Shown here: positions 41,315 through 50,413 of the stretch, one piece after another
How positions within the stretch are numbered: position 1 is the first letter of the stretch
Layout: every line of letters starts with the position of its first letter
NCBI GenBank assembly: GCA_017533565.1
Contig: JAFXHU010000008.1
Span: 5,924 to 69,923 of the forward strand
Direction of reading: 5' to 3'
From: Clostridia bacterium
Lineage (GTDB): Bacteria; Bacillota; Clostridia; Oscillospirales; CAG-272
Length of the DNA stretch: 64,000 nucleotides
Program-made: the position numbers and the translations under genes
The notes under the pieces: generated by a model
Database searches by the model: none
Seen by the model: only the letters and a program-made list of their open reading frames with translations
Told to the model about the DNA's origin: nothing

Positions 41315-41914
41315 ATGAAAAACAGCGCACTTAACGTCCCGAACACGCTCTCCCTCGTGAGAGTTTTGCTCGTTCCCGCATTCGTTGCAACTCTTTTGTT
41401 TATGAATTATGCAAGCCCCCTTGCATACGTTATACCAACGATTATTTACGTTTTGACCGCATTTACCGATATGCTTGACGGTCAAATCGCGCGCAGGTGT
41501 AACCTCGTCACCGACTTTGGAAAGTTTATCGACCCCCTTGCCGACAAGTTTATGGTTATCGGCTCTCAAATCGCAATCCTCGTGTGGATGCTTCTGCGTG
41601 AAGAAAGGCAGCTTGCCATTGTTTTCGTATGGGTCGTTCTTATCATTCTCCTTCGCGAGCTTGGAGTTACGAGCCTCCGTCTTGTCGTTGCGGGAAGCAG
41701 CGGCACGGTCGTCGCGGCAAGCATCTGGGGAAAGCTTAAAACCGTCACCCAAATGGTCGGCACTGTCGTTATCCTCGTTGAGCCGCTTATCCCCTTCTTT
41801 AACGAAAACCATATACTTTCCTACGTCTTTATGGGCGTAATGCTCGTGACTACTCTTTTCTCTGGAATAGATTATCTTCGTGCATACCTTCCCTACGTCA
41901 ACACAAACAAGTAA
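41315..41914 (+). CDS. pgsA: CDP-diacylglycerol--glycerol-3-phosphate 3-phosphatidyltransferase
   Basis: CDP-alcohol phosphatidyltransferase motif DMLDGQIARRCNLVTDFGKFIDPLADK. About 200 aa, membrane protein. Confidence 0.8.
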   Translation: MKNSALNVPNTLSLVRVLLVPAFVATLLFMNYASPLAYVIPTIIYVLTAFTDMLDGQIARRCNLVTDFGKFIDPLADKFMVIGSQIAILVWMLLREERQLAIVFVWVVLIILLRELGVTSLRLVVAGSSGTVVAASIWGKLKTVTQMVGTVVILVEPLIPFFNENHILSYVFMGVMLVTTLFSGIDYLRAYLPYVNTNK

Positions 41915-42012
41915 GCTATATTGGCACAAACAGGTAACTGCGCTTTCGTTTTTTAGCCGCATTTGCTACGGCGTGATACGGATTATTTCGGGCGCACCGC
42001 CGCCCCTCTGAT

Positions 42013-43446
42013 ATGAGTACAGCAATAAAGAAAAGACAAATCGATATGACCGAGGGCAAAATCCTCGGAAAGATGATTTCCTTTATCATTCCGCTTATGT
42101 GTACGAATCTTCTGCAGACCTTTTACAACGCTGCGGATATGATGATAGTGGGACTTTCCGCGGAGAAAAACGCGGTCGGCGCAATCGGTGTAACAAATCC
42201 CGTCCTTACGCTGTTTATCAATATGTTTATCGGCTTTTCCACGGGCACGGGCGTGCTTGTTGCCCGCCACCTCGGAGCGAAAAACGATAACGGAGTGTCG
42301 AAAACCGTGCATACCTCCTTGGCGGTAAGCGTGATACTCGGTGTTCTCGGCGGTGCCTTCGGTATCGTATTCTCCCGCGTCCTTCTCGTTATGATGGGGG
42401 CGGATGCAAATTTGCTTGACCTTGCAACGTCATATACCTTCGTTTATTTTTGCGGCTTTCCCTTCGTTTCGGTTACAAACTACGCCGTCCAAATCATAAG
42501 GGCAAAGGGGGACACCCGCACCCCTCTTGTGATTTTAAGCGCCTCGGGCGCGCTCAACGTCCTTCTGAATTTGTTCTTCGTTTTCGTATGCAAAATGGAC
42601 GTGGAGGGCGTTGCTCTTGCAACCGCAATTTCAAACGTAGCGAGTGCCGCCGCGCTTGTCGCGGTGCTTATGCGGGAGGACGGACCCTGCCGCTTTGAAT
42701 TTAAAAGGCTGGCTATTGACGGCGACTCCTTGAAAAACGTTATCGTCATTGGTCTGCCCGCGGGAATACAGGGCGCGCTTTTCTCTCTTTCCAATCTCAT
42801 TATCACCTCCTCGCTTATCACGGTTGACAATCTGCTGAAGCCGTCGGGTGTTGATTACGCCCCGGTTATGAGCGGAAACGCCGCCGTATCCAATCTTAAC
42901 AGCTTTATTTATACCGCAACCAACGCGGTCTATCTTGCAAGCATCACCTTTACAAGCCAAAACGTCGGTGCGAAAAAATACGAAAGAATTCCTCGCGTTA
43001 TGGTGTGCGCTTACGCAATTACGATGAGCGTCGGCTTGATTGCCTCAACGCTCATATTCATGCTTCACCGTCCTCTGCTTTCGCTTTACGGGCTTTACGA
43101 CGGTGCGGAGGGAACGCTCGAGCATATTGCCTACCAAACCGCATATACAAAAATAGTCATTGAAACTATGACCTATTTCCTTCTTGCCTTTATGGAGGTC
43201 GGAAGCGGAGTTGTCCGCGGCTTCGGTAAATCGATTACCGCAATGGTAATCGCGCTTTGCGGGTCCTGCCTGCTTCGCGTAGTCTGGATTGCCACGGTGT
43301 TCAAGGTGTATCAAAACGTCGCGTCGATATATCTTTCCTACCCCGCCTCCTGGCTCGCAACGGGAGCTGTCAACCTCATCGTTGCAATAATAATCTACAA
43401 AAGGGCAATGAAAAAATCACGTACCGTGCCCGTACCCTCCATCTAA
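42013..43446 (+). CDS. MATE-family efflux transporter
   Basis: 477 aa, about 12 TM. N-terminal ...GKILGKMISFIIPLMCTNLLQTFYNAADMMIVG... is typical of MATE proteins. Confidence 0.8.
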   Translation: MSTAIKKRQIDMTEGKILGKMISFIIPLMCTNLLQTFYNAADMMIVGLSAEKNAVGAIGVTNPVLTLFINMFIGFSTGTGVLVARHLGAKNDNGVSKTVHTSLAVSVILGVLGGAFGIVFSRVLLVMMGADANLLDLATSYTFVYFCGFPFVSVTNYAVQIIRAKGDTRTPLVILSASGALNVLLNLFFVFVCKMDVEGVALATAISNVASAAALVAVLMREDGPCRFEFKRLAIDGDSLKNVIVIGLPAGIQGALFSLSNLIITSSLITVDNLLKPSGVDYAPVMSGNAAVSNLNSFIYTATNAVYLASITFTSQNVGAKKYERIPRVMVCAYAITMSVGLIASTLIFMLHRPLLSLYGLYDGAEGTLEHIAYQTAYTKIVIETMTYFLLAFMEVGSGVVRGFGKSITAMVIALCGSCLLRVVWIATVFKVYQNVASIYLSYPASWLATGAVNLIVAIIIYKRAMKKSRTVPVPSI

Positions 43447-43487
43447 CGCAAAAGCATCACGAGCGCGGGGAAACCCCACCCCGTGTT

Positions 43488-43529
43488 AAAAAAACACCGC
43501 CCCAATATGCTTTGGGCGGTGTTTTTTTG
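43488..43529. terminator. Bidirectional terminator between convergent genes
   Basis: ACACCGCCCA / TGGGCGGTGT stem flanked by an A-run and a T-run. Confidence 0.75.
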
Positions 43530-43535
43530 TTTTAT

Positions 43536-44267
43536 TTAATCGTCCTCGTCGTCATCGTTGACGTATACGCTTTCGCCTCTTTTTCTTGCGATATGCCTGT
43601 CAATCACACCCGCAACCGTGTAAAAAATCGGTATTGAAACGAATATAAGCCAGCCGGGATGCCATATCCCGAAAAGCATACCGAAAAGGCAATATAAAAA
43701 CGCACAAAAAACGGGGTAGGCAAACGGAGAAACGCGTCTTTTTCTTATGCACTCTACAACCGAATAATAAATCGGAATTGTGATAAAAAGTGTCCAGAAA
43801 ATCGCAAAGCCATCGGGTACAAGAAATCCGAGCAAAAGAAACGCCGCCGTAATAATAATGGGGTAGGGAAGCTCGCTCCAATTAAAGTGAAGCTCCGCTT
43901 TCATTGAAATACCCTTTTCGTCCTTTCCTGCATCACCCTCGTCACCCTCGTCGCCGCTTGACTTATCCGCGGCATCCTTATCGCCCTCGCTTGTCGCATC
44001 CGCAGAAGAGCTTTTACCGTCTGCGGGGTCGCTATGCCCTCCGTCAAGCCCGTCAAACGGCTCAACCCTATTTACAAGCTCGTCGAGCGTCACACCGTAA
44101 AACTCTGCAATTTCAATAAGGTTTTCGGTATCGGGAAATGCCTCTCCGCGCTCCCACTTTGACACCGCCTGCCTTGAAATATGTATTTTCTCCGCAAACT
44201 CCTCCTGCGAAAGACCTCGCTTTTTTCTTAAGGTATAAAGATTGTTTCCGAGATTAACGTTTTTCAT
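43536..44267 (-). CDS. XRE-family HTH regulator fused to an acidic linker and a C-terminal multi-TM domain
   Basis: LYTLRKKRGLSQEEFAEKIHISRQAVSKWERGEAFP is an XRE HTH. The C-terminal half carries about 4 TM segments. Confidence 0.75.
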   Translation of the reverse strand: MKNVNLGNNLYTLRKKRGLSQEEFAEKIHISRQAVSKWERGEAFPDTENLIEIAEFYGVTLDELVNRVEPFDGLDGGHSDPADGKSSSADATSEGDKDAADKSSGDEGDEGDAGKDEKGISMKAELHFNWSELPYPIIITAAFLLLGFLVPDGFAIFWTLFITIPIYYSVVECIRKRRVSPFAYPVFCAFLYCLFGMLFGIWHPGWLIFVSIPIFYTVAGVIDRHIARKRGESVYVNDDDEDD

Positions 44268-44401
44268 ATAAATCAGCGCCGAAAACGGCTCTCCTTTCTT
44301 GCCTCTATTCTATCAGCATATGCTTGCGGAGTCTATACATTTGGCTTGGAAAATTCGCTACTTACGGTTGCATTTTTGCTAATGCAAATAATTGTTTACA
44401 T

Positions 44402-45076
44402 TTATCGGCGTATTTTTGTAATTTCACAAACCGAAAGCACGCCGTCCGAAACGGTAAATTTCACCTCGTAATCTCCGTAAACCATACCGTAAATACGCTC
44501 CCCGTCCTCCTTATACGACGGGCGCGGGTCACCCGAAAGTATAGAAACGAGCGCGGATAAATACTCCGCGGAAAGCCCCTTTTTCAATTCCTCCGGAATT
44601 TCCACCCCGACCGAATAATCCATAACCCCGTCGGCAAAGCCGCACACCGCATCGGGATGACTGTCGGTGTAGGCAAGGTACGGCTTTATATCGTATATCG
44701 GAGTCCCGTCGAGTATATCCGCCCCCGCAACGATAAGCACGCGCCCCTCTGCCGAGTCCTCCACCGAAAGAAGCCTTACGCTTGAAAGCCCTATCGGATT
44801 TGGGCGAAACGGGGAGCGCGTTGCAAAAACGCCCATACGCTTGTTGCCGCCAAGCCGCGGCGGGCGCACGGTCGGACGCCACCCCTCTCGCTCCGCCTCG
44901 GAAAAATTCCATATAAGCCAAAGGTGGCTGTATTCCTCAATACCGCGCAGCGCCTCGGGTACACGGTATTCCGGCTCAAAAACTATCCTCCCAACCGTGT
45001 CGGCGGCAATTCCGCTCTGCCTTGGTATTCCGAATTTTTCCTTGAAATCCGTATGTATCCTTGCAATTATCTTCAT
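44402..45076 (-). CDS. trmO: tRNA (N6-threonylcarbamoyladenosine-37) methyltransferase TrmO/TsaA family
   Basis: MKIIARIHTDFKEKFGIPRQSG...YSHLWLIWNF...GVFATRSPFRPNPIGLS...DGTPIYDIKPY is the YaeB/TsaA signature. Start chosen at the internal Met (45076). Confidence 0.8.
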   Translation of the reverse strand: MKIIARIHTDFKEKFGIPRQSGIAADTVGRIVFEPEYRVPEALRGIEEYSHLWLIWNFSEAEREGWRPTVRPPRLGGNKRMGVFATRSPFRPNPIGLSSVRLLSVEDSAEGRVLIVAGADILDGTPIYDIKPYLAYTDSHPDAVCGFADGVMDYSVGVEIPEELKKGLSAEYLSALVSILSGDPRPSYKEDGERIYGMVYGDYEVKFTVSDGVLSVCEITKIRR

Positions 45077-45167
45077 AAAGAGTAAAGCCTCGCTCCTCTT
45101 TTGTAATATTTCTTTTTTATTGTACCACACCCCGCCCGAAAAGTCCATAACCAATTTAAAAATCAAG

Positions 45168-45196
45168 TTGACATTTGCCCGAAAAGGTAGTATAAT
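45168..45196 (+). promoter_or_regulatory. Consensus promoter TTGACA-N17-TATAAT upstream of the AcnX genes
   Basis: TTGACA 45168-45173; TATAAT 45191-45196; about 35-nt leader to ATG 45232. Confidence 0.6.
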
Positions 45197-45231
45197 TTGA
45201 TTGATAGATTTTTAACAAAGGAGAAAACGCT

Positions 45232-46512
45232 ATGTCAATGATTCTTACCGACGAGCAGCTTGCCATATATAACGGCGAGCGCGGCGAAACTATGGCAAAG
45301 GTTATGAAAACCCTCGTCCGCTACGGAGAGGTGTTCGGCGCGGAGAAAATGGTGCCCGTAACATCCGAGTATAACCACCTTGTCACCTCGTTTGGCTTGA
45401 AGGTTATGGCTCCCGTCTATGACCTTATGGAAAAGCTTATCGCGGAGGGGGTAAAATCGGGTCAAAAATTCTCGGTTGACCCCCGTCCCCTCGATAAAAA
45501 CGTTCCGCAAAATATTTTGCAAAAGCTTGTGTTCAACTGCTTTATGTACACCAAGCAGGATTATTACGAGGACCAGCTTGAAAAGCTCGGACTTCTCTCA
45601 AAGGATTCCTTTACCTGTGCCTGCTATATGGACGAGGTTGGCAACAAGCCGAAATTCGGCGACGTCCTCTCCTGGGCTGAATCGAGCGCGGTTGTCTATG
45701 CAAACTCCGTAATCGGCGCGCGCTGTAACCGCAATTCGGGCATCATCGACCTTATGGGGTCTATCGTCGGCTACGTGCCCTATTTCGGACTTCTCACCGA
45801 CGAGGGACGACGCGCAAGCTGGATTGTCCGTATCAATACCACCAAAAAGCCGGAGGCACAGCTCCTCGGCTCTGCAATCGGTATGAGGGTTATGGAGGAC
45901 GTCCCCTACGTAATCGGACTTGACAAATGGCTCGGAAACGAGCTTGACGACGCGGCATGCACCTATCTTAAGGATTTCGGAGCCGCAACCGCCTCCAACG
46001 GCGCGGTAGGTCTTTACCATATCGACGGACTTACCCCGGAGGCAAAGCTTTCGGGCGAGGCTCTTATCAAGGAGGGCGCACGGGAATACGTTATCGACGA
46101 TGCGGAGCTTGAGCGCGTAAAGGCATCCTACCCCGTTATGTGGAAAAACGCCGACGCCACGCCAAAGCTTTGCTTTATGGGCTGTCCCCATATGTCGCTT
46201 GAGCAGCTTAAGAGCTGGACGGTGAAAATCGAAGCGGGACTTGCCGAGTCGGGTAATAAAAAGGTGCTTATCCCCACGGTATTTACCGCCGCACCCGCCG
46301 TGCTTGCCGAATTTAATAAAACCGAATACGCGGCGCGCCTTGAAAAAACGGGAGTTATCACCTCCTACATCTGCCCGCTTATGTATATGAACAATCCGCT
46401 TTGTGCAAAGATGCCGGTTATCACCTCGTCTAACAAGCTACGCACCTATACGACGGCGCGCTACTATACCGACGACGAAATCCTTGCACAGCTTACGAAG
46501 GGAGAAAACTGA
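45232..46512 (+). CDS. Aconitase X catalytic subunit (DUF521)
   Basis: MILTDEQLAIYNGERGETMAKVMKTLVRYGEVFGAEKMVPV matches the DUF521 N-terminus. 426 aa. Confidence 0.7.
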   Translation: MSMILTDEQLAIYNGERGETMAKVMKTLVRYGEVFGAEKMVPVTSEYNHLVTSFGLKVMAPVYDLMEKLIAEGVKSGQKFSVDPRPLDKNVPQNILQKLVFNCFMYTKQDYYEDQLEKLGLLSKDSFTCACYMDEVGNKPKFGDVLSWAESSAVVYANSVIGARCNRNSGIIDLMGSIVGYVPYFGLLTDEGRRASWIVRINTTKKPEAQLLGSAIGMRVMEDVPYVIGLDKWLGNELDDAACTYLKDFGAATASNGAVGLYHIDGLTPEAKLSGEALIKEGAREYVIDDAELERVKASYPVMWKNADATPKLCFMGCPHMSLEQLKSWTVKIEAGLAESGNKKVLIPTVFTAAPAVLAEFNKTEYAARLEKTGVITSYICPLMYMNNPLCAKMPVITSSNKLRTYTTARYYTDDEILAQLTKGEN

Positions 46513-46513
46513 T

Positions 46514-46960
46514 ATGAAGGAATTTAAGGGTAGAGTAATCGCGGCAGGCGAAATCACCGCCCCCGCACTCGTATCGCACGAAGGACTTAACACTCTCGCC
46601 TCCTTCCAAAAGGCATTGCAGTTTGGCGATAAAAAGGCAACCTGCTCCGACCAGAATAACCCCGATCTCTTTGGAAAGGAAATGCTCGGAAAGGCTCTTT
46701 GCCTTCCGCAAACCATCGGCTCGACCACGGGCGGAATGGTGCTTTACTGCGCCTGCGCTATGGAAAGACAGCCCGCGTGTATGCTTTTCTCAAAGCCTAT
46801 CGACTCGCTTGCCGCGGCAGGTGCAATCCTTGCCGACGTTTGGGTTGACGGAGTTACGATGCCCGTCATTGACTCTCTCGGCGACGAGTTTCTCGACTAC
46901 GTAAAGGACGGAATGACAATAACCGTCACCGCCGACGGCACCGTAAGGGTAGAGGAATAA
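46514..46960 (+). CDS. Aconitase X swivel-domain subunit (DUF126)
   Basis: ATG 46514 is 2 nt after the upstream stop. GRVIAAGEITAPALVSHEGLN... and ...TTGGMVL... fit DUF126. Confidence 0.7.
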   Translation: MKEFKGRVIAAGEITAPALVSHEGLNTLASFQKALQFGDKKATCSDQNNPDLFGKEMLGKALCLPQTIGSTTGGMVLYCACAMERQPACMLFSKPIDSLAAAGAILADVWVDGVTMPVIDSLGDEFLDYVKDGMTITVTADGTVRVEE

Positions 46961-46982
46961 TTACAAGGTTAATAACGATGCT

Positions 46983-47011
46983 GCGCCCCGTTTGATACGG
47001 GGCGCTTTTTT
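46983..47011 (+). terminator. Intrinsic terminator after the AcnX genes
   Basis: GCGCCCCG-TTTGATA-CGGGGCGC followed by TTTTTT. Confidence 0.8.
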
Positions 47012-47115
47012 CCTCTGCTGAACGGGGTGCTGAACGTTGCGCTTTTTTACCTTTGTTAAACGTTGCGCTAAACGTGGCGTTTTTCTTTGTTAAAAGCGGT
47101 GCTTATTCCTCCCAC

Positions 47116-47144
47116 TTGACAAAGTGCCGCAATTATTATATAAT
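47116..47144 (+). promoter_or_regulatory. Consensus promoter TTGACA-N17-TATAAT upstream of serC
   Basis: TTGACA 47116-47121; TATAAT 47139-47144. Confidence 0.6.
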
Positions 47145-47174
47145 AAGGCGAACACCCTTCCGAAAGGAATAATT

Positions 47175-48278
47175 ATGAATACGGTATATAACTTTTCGTC
47201 CGGACCCTCGATGCTGCCCGAGGAGGTTCTTGTAAAGGCTCGGCTGGAGCTTCTCGATTACAGGAATACGGGCTGCTCGGTTATGGAGCTGGATTGCAAT
47301 TCTCCCGAATATCTTGAGCTTATGGACGAGTGCGAAACCGCACTTCGCGCGCTTATGAATATCCCCCCGAATTACAGAATACTCTTTCTGCCGGGCGGCA
47401 TATCGACACAGTTTTCGGCAATTCCGCAAAACCTGATGTCCGACCACCGCACCGCCGACTACGTAATAACGGGACAGTATTCCAAAAAAGCCTACCTCGA
47501 GGCAAAAAAGTACGGTGACATCGCGATTGCCGCCTCCTCCGCGGGAGCAAGTCCGACCTTCTCCACCGTTCCCGAGCTTAAAAGCTCCGACTTCCGTCCC
47601 GACGCCGATTACGTCCATATCTGCTATAACAGCTCGATATACGGCACCCGCTTCAGCAAGGTTCCCGAAATGGGAAGCATTCCGCTTGTCGCGGAGATGA
47701 GCTCCTGCATGCTTTCCGAGCCTGTCGATTTGTCAAAATTTGCGCTCATCTACGCCTCCGCGGAGCAGAATATGGGAATTGCGGGTCTTACCGTCGTCAT
47801 TTTGCGTGACGACCTCATCGGCGGCGCACGCCCCGATACGCCCGCCGTCCTTGATTATAAAATACAGCTCCAAAACCGTTCAATGCTTGACACGCCCCCC
47901 GCCTTCGCCATTTATATGATGAAGCTTGTGCTGGAGTGGACGCTTGAAAACGGAGGGCTTGAGGAAATGAAGCGCCGCAACGAAAGAAAGGCGGGTGTCC
48001 TCTACGACTACCTTGATTCGCAGCAGTATTATACCGCCCCCGTCGATATAAAGTGCCGTTCAATGACGAACGTCCACTTCGTTACGGGAGATGCAAAGCT
48101 TGACGAAAAGTTCGTTGCCGAGGCAAAGAAGGCGGGAATAATCGGCATTTCGGGTCACAAGTCTGTCGGCGGAATGTGCGCATCTCTCTATAACGCTATG
48201 CCGCTTTTTGCGGTTGAAAAGCTTATTGAGTTTATGACCGATTTCGCAAACGATAATACGAAGCTTTCGGGCTATTAA
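47175..48278 (+). CDS. serC: Phosphoserine aminotransferase
   Basis: N-terminal YNFSSGPSMLPEEVL and overall class-V aminotransferase layout. About 367 aa. Confidence 0.8.
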   Translation: MNTVYNFSSGPSMLPEEVLVKARLELLDYRNTGCSVMELDCNSPEYLELMDECETALRALMNIPPNYRILFLPGGISTQFSAIPQNLMSDHRTADYVITGQYSKKAYLEAKKYGDIAIAASSAGASPTFSTVPELKSSDFRPDADYVHICYNSSIYGTRFSKVPEMGSIPLVAEMSSCMLSEPVDLSKFALIYASAEQNMGIAGLTVVILRDDLIGGARPDTPAVLDYKIQLQNRSMLDTPPAFAIYMMKLVLEWTLENGGLEEMKRRNERKAGVLYDYLDSQQYYTAPVDIKCRSMTNVHFVTGDAKLDEKFVAEAKKAGIIGISGHKSVGGMCASLYNAMPLFAVEKLIEFMTDFANDNTKLSGY

Positions 48279-48284
48279 TTCCCA

Positions 48285-48310
48285 CGGGTCGCACGTTTGC
48301 GACCCGTTTT
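48285..48310 (+). terminator. Intrinsic terminator after serC
   Basis: CGGGTCGCA-CGTT-TGCGACCCG followed by TTTT. Confidence 0.8.
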
Positions 48311-48442
48311 ATTTATTTGATATAAAACGGCAAAATTCTCGCACGAAAATTTATTTATATCGTCAAGTAAAAAACGTTTGCATTTTTTTGTATATTGTGC
48401 TAAAATATATGTTTGGAAAAAGAAAAACGAGAGGGAAAAAGT

Positions 48443-50284
48443 ATGAAACGCACAGATTTGAGAAATATTGCTATTATCGCGCACGTTGACCACGGCAAAA
48501 CCACCCTCGTTGACGAGATGCTTCGTCAGGGCGGTATCTACCGCGAAAACCAGGAAATGGCTGACCGTGTAATGGACTCGGGCGACCTTGAGCGCGAGCG
48601 CGGAATAACCATTCTTGCAAAAAATACGGCAATTCATTACAAGGGCGTAAAGATTAACGTCATCGACACCCCCGGTCACGCCGACTTTGGCGGAGAGGTG
48701 GAGCGCATACTTAAAATGGTAAACGGCGTTATCCTCCTTGTTGACGCGGCGGAAGGACCTATGCCGCAAACGAGATTCGTGCTTGAAAAGGCACTCCAGC
48801 TTAATCACAGAGTAATCGTAGTAGTAAATAAAATCGACCGTCCCGATGCACGCCTTGACGAAATCGGTGACGAGGTCCTCGAGCTTCTTCTCGAGCTTGA
48901 CGCCACGAACGAGCAGCTTGATTCGCCTATGCTTTTCTGCTCGGGAAGGGCTGGCACCGCATCCTTTGACCCGCATACCCCGGGCACCGACCTTACTCCG
49001 CTTCTTGATACAATTCTTGAATATATGCCCGCACCCGACGGTGACGAGGACGAGCCGCTTCAGCTTCTCGTCTCCTCCATCGACTATAACGAATTTGTCG
49101 GACGCATCGGTATCGGACGCATCGAACGCGGCGTGTTAAAGCAGGGACAGGGCGTTTCTATCTGTAACTACCATAACGGCGGAAAATCCCGCCCCTCAAA
49201 GATAGTTTCAATCTATCAATTCGACGGCTTAAAGCGCGTCCCCGTTACCGAGGCAAAGGTTGGCGACATCGTCTGCTTCTCGGGCTGCGAGGATATATCT
49301 ATCGGAGATACCGTCTGCTCGCCCGCAAGGGTTGAGCCGCTTGAATTTATCAAGGTTGGCGAACCTACGATGGAAATGACCTTTGCCGTAAACGACTCTC
49401 CCTTCGCGGGAAAGGAGGGTAAATTCGTTACCTCCCGTCACCTTCGCGCACGTCTTTATAAGGAGCTGCTTCGCGACGTATCCCTGCGTATCGAGGACGG
49501 TGACACAACCGACTCCTTCCGCGTGGCGGGAAGGGGAGAAATGCACCTCTCTATTCTTATTGAAAATATGCGCCGAGAGGGCTACGAGCTTTGCTGCTCA
49601 AATCCGCGCGTGCTTTATAAGGAAATCGACGGCGTAAAATGCGAGCCTATCGAGGACGTTATCGTTGACGTGCCGGAGGAATATATCGGCGCGGTAATGG
49701 AAAAGCTCGGCTCAAGAAAGGGCACGCTTGTTGATATGCAGCTTCACGGCTCGCGTCAAAAGCTTTTCTATAACATTCCCACCCGCTGCCTTTTCGGCTA
49801 TCGCTCGGAGCTTTTGACCGACACCCGCGGAGAGGGACTTATCTCCACCATTTTTGCGGGCTACGAGCCGTTTAGGGGCGAAATAAAGACCAGATTTACC
49901 TCCTCGCTCATCGCATCCGAGGCGGGAGTTTCCACCACCTACGGACTTTACCAGGCACAGGATAGAGGACCTCTCTTTATCGGACCCGCAACCCCCGTTT
50001 ACGAGGGTATGATTGTCGGCGAAAACCCGAAGCCCGACGATATCGAGGTCAACGTATGTAAGGAAAAGCACCTCACCGCAATACGCTCCGCGGGCGCGGA
50101 TGAAAAGCTCACGCTTATCACCCCCGTGCAGCTCTCGCTTGAGGAAGCAATAGAGTTTATCACCGACGAGGAGCTTATCGAGGTAACTCCCAAATCCATA
50201 AGGCTTCGTAAGGTTATCCTCGACACCCCCACGAGAAAGCGTATGCAGGCGCAAAAGCGCGCAGCTCTCAAGGCGGATAAATAA
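48443..50284 (+). CDS. typA: Translational GTPase TypA/BipA
   Basis: IAIIAHVDHGKTTLVD (G1), DTPGHADFGGEVER (G3), NKIDR (G4). About 613 aa with BipA-type domain order. Confidence 0.9.
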   Translation: MKRTDLRNIAIIAHVDHGKTTLVDEMLRQGGIYRENQEMADRVMDSGDLERERGITILAKNTAIHYKGVKINVIDTPGHADFGGEVERILKMVNGVILLVDAAEGPMPQTRFVLEKALQLNHRVIVVVNKIDRPDARLDEIGDEVLELLLELDATNEQLDSPMLFCSGRAGTASFDPHTPGTDLTPLLDTILEYMPAPDGDEDEPLQLLVSSIDYNEFVGRIGIGRIERGVLKQGQGVSICNYHNGGKSRPSKIVSIYQFDGLKRVPVTEAKVGDIVCFSGCEDISIGDTVCSPARVEPLEFIKVGEPTMEMTFAVNDSPFAGKEGKFVTSRHLRARLYKELLRDVSLRIEDGDTTDSFRVAGRGEMHLSILIENMRREGYELCCSNPRVLYKEIDGVKCEPIEDVIVDVPEEYIGAVMEKLGSRKGTLVDMQLHGSRQKLFYNIPTRCLFGYRSELLTDTRGEGLISTIFAGYEPFRGEIKTRFTSSLIASEAGVSTTYGLYQAQDRGPLFIGPATPVYEGMIVGENPKPDDIEVNVCKEKHLTAIRSAGADEKLTLITPVQLSLEEAIEFITDEELIEVTPKSIRLRKVILDTPTRKRMQAQKRAALKADK

Positions 50285-50352
50285 TTCAACGAAAAAGAGC
50301 AAAAAGTTTCTATCGGGGATTTATTAAAGCATACCTTCCACCCCGTGTAAAG

Positions 50353-50400
50353 AAAAACGCATAGTGGCAATCGCAATTTCCTCGCCACTATGCGTTTTTT
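50353..50400. terminator. Bidirectional terminator between convergent genes
   Basis: AACGCATAGTGGC ... GCCACTATGCGTT flanked by an A-run and a T-run. Confidence 0.75.
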
Positions 50401-50413
50401 GTGTCCTTAAATG

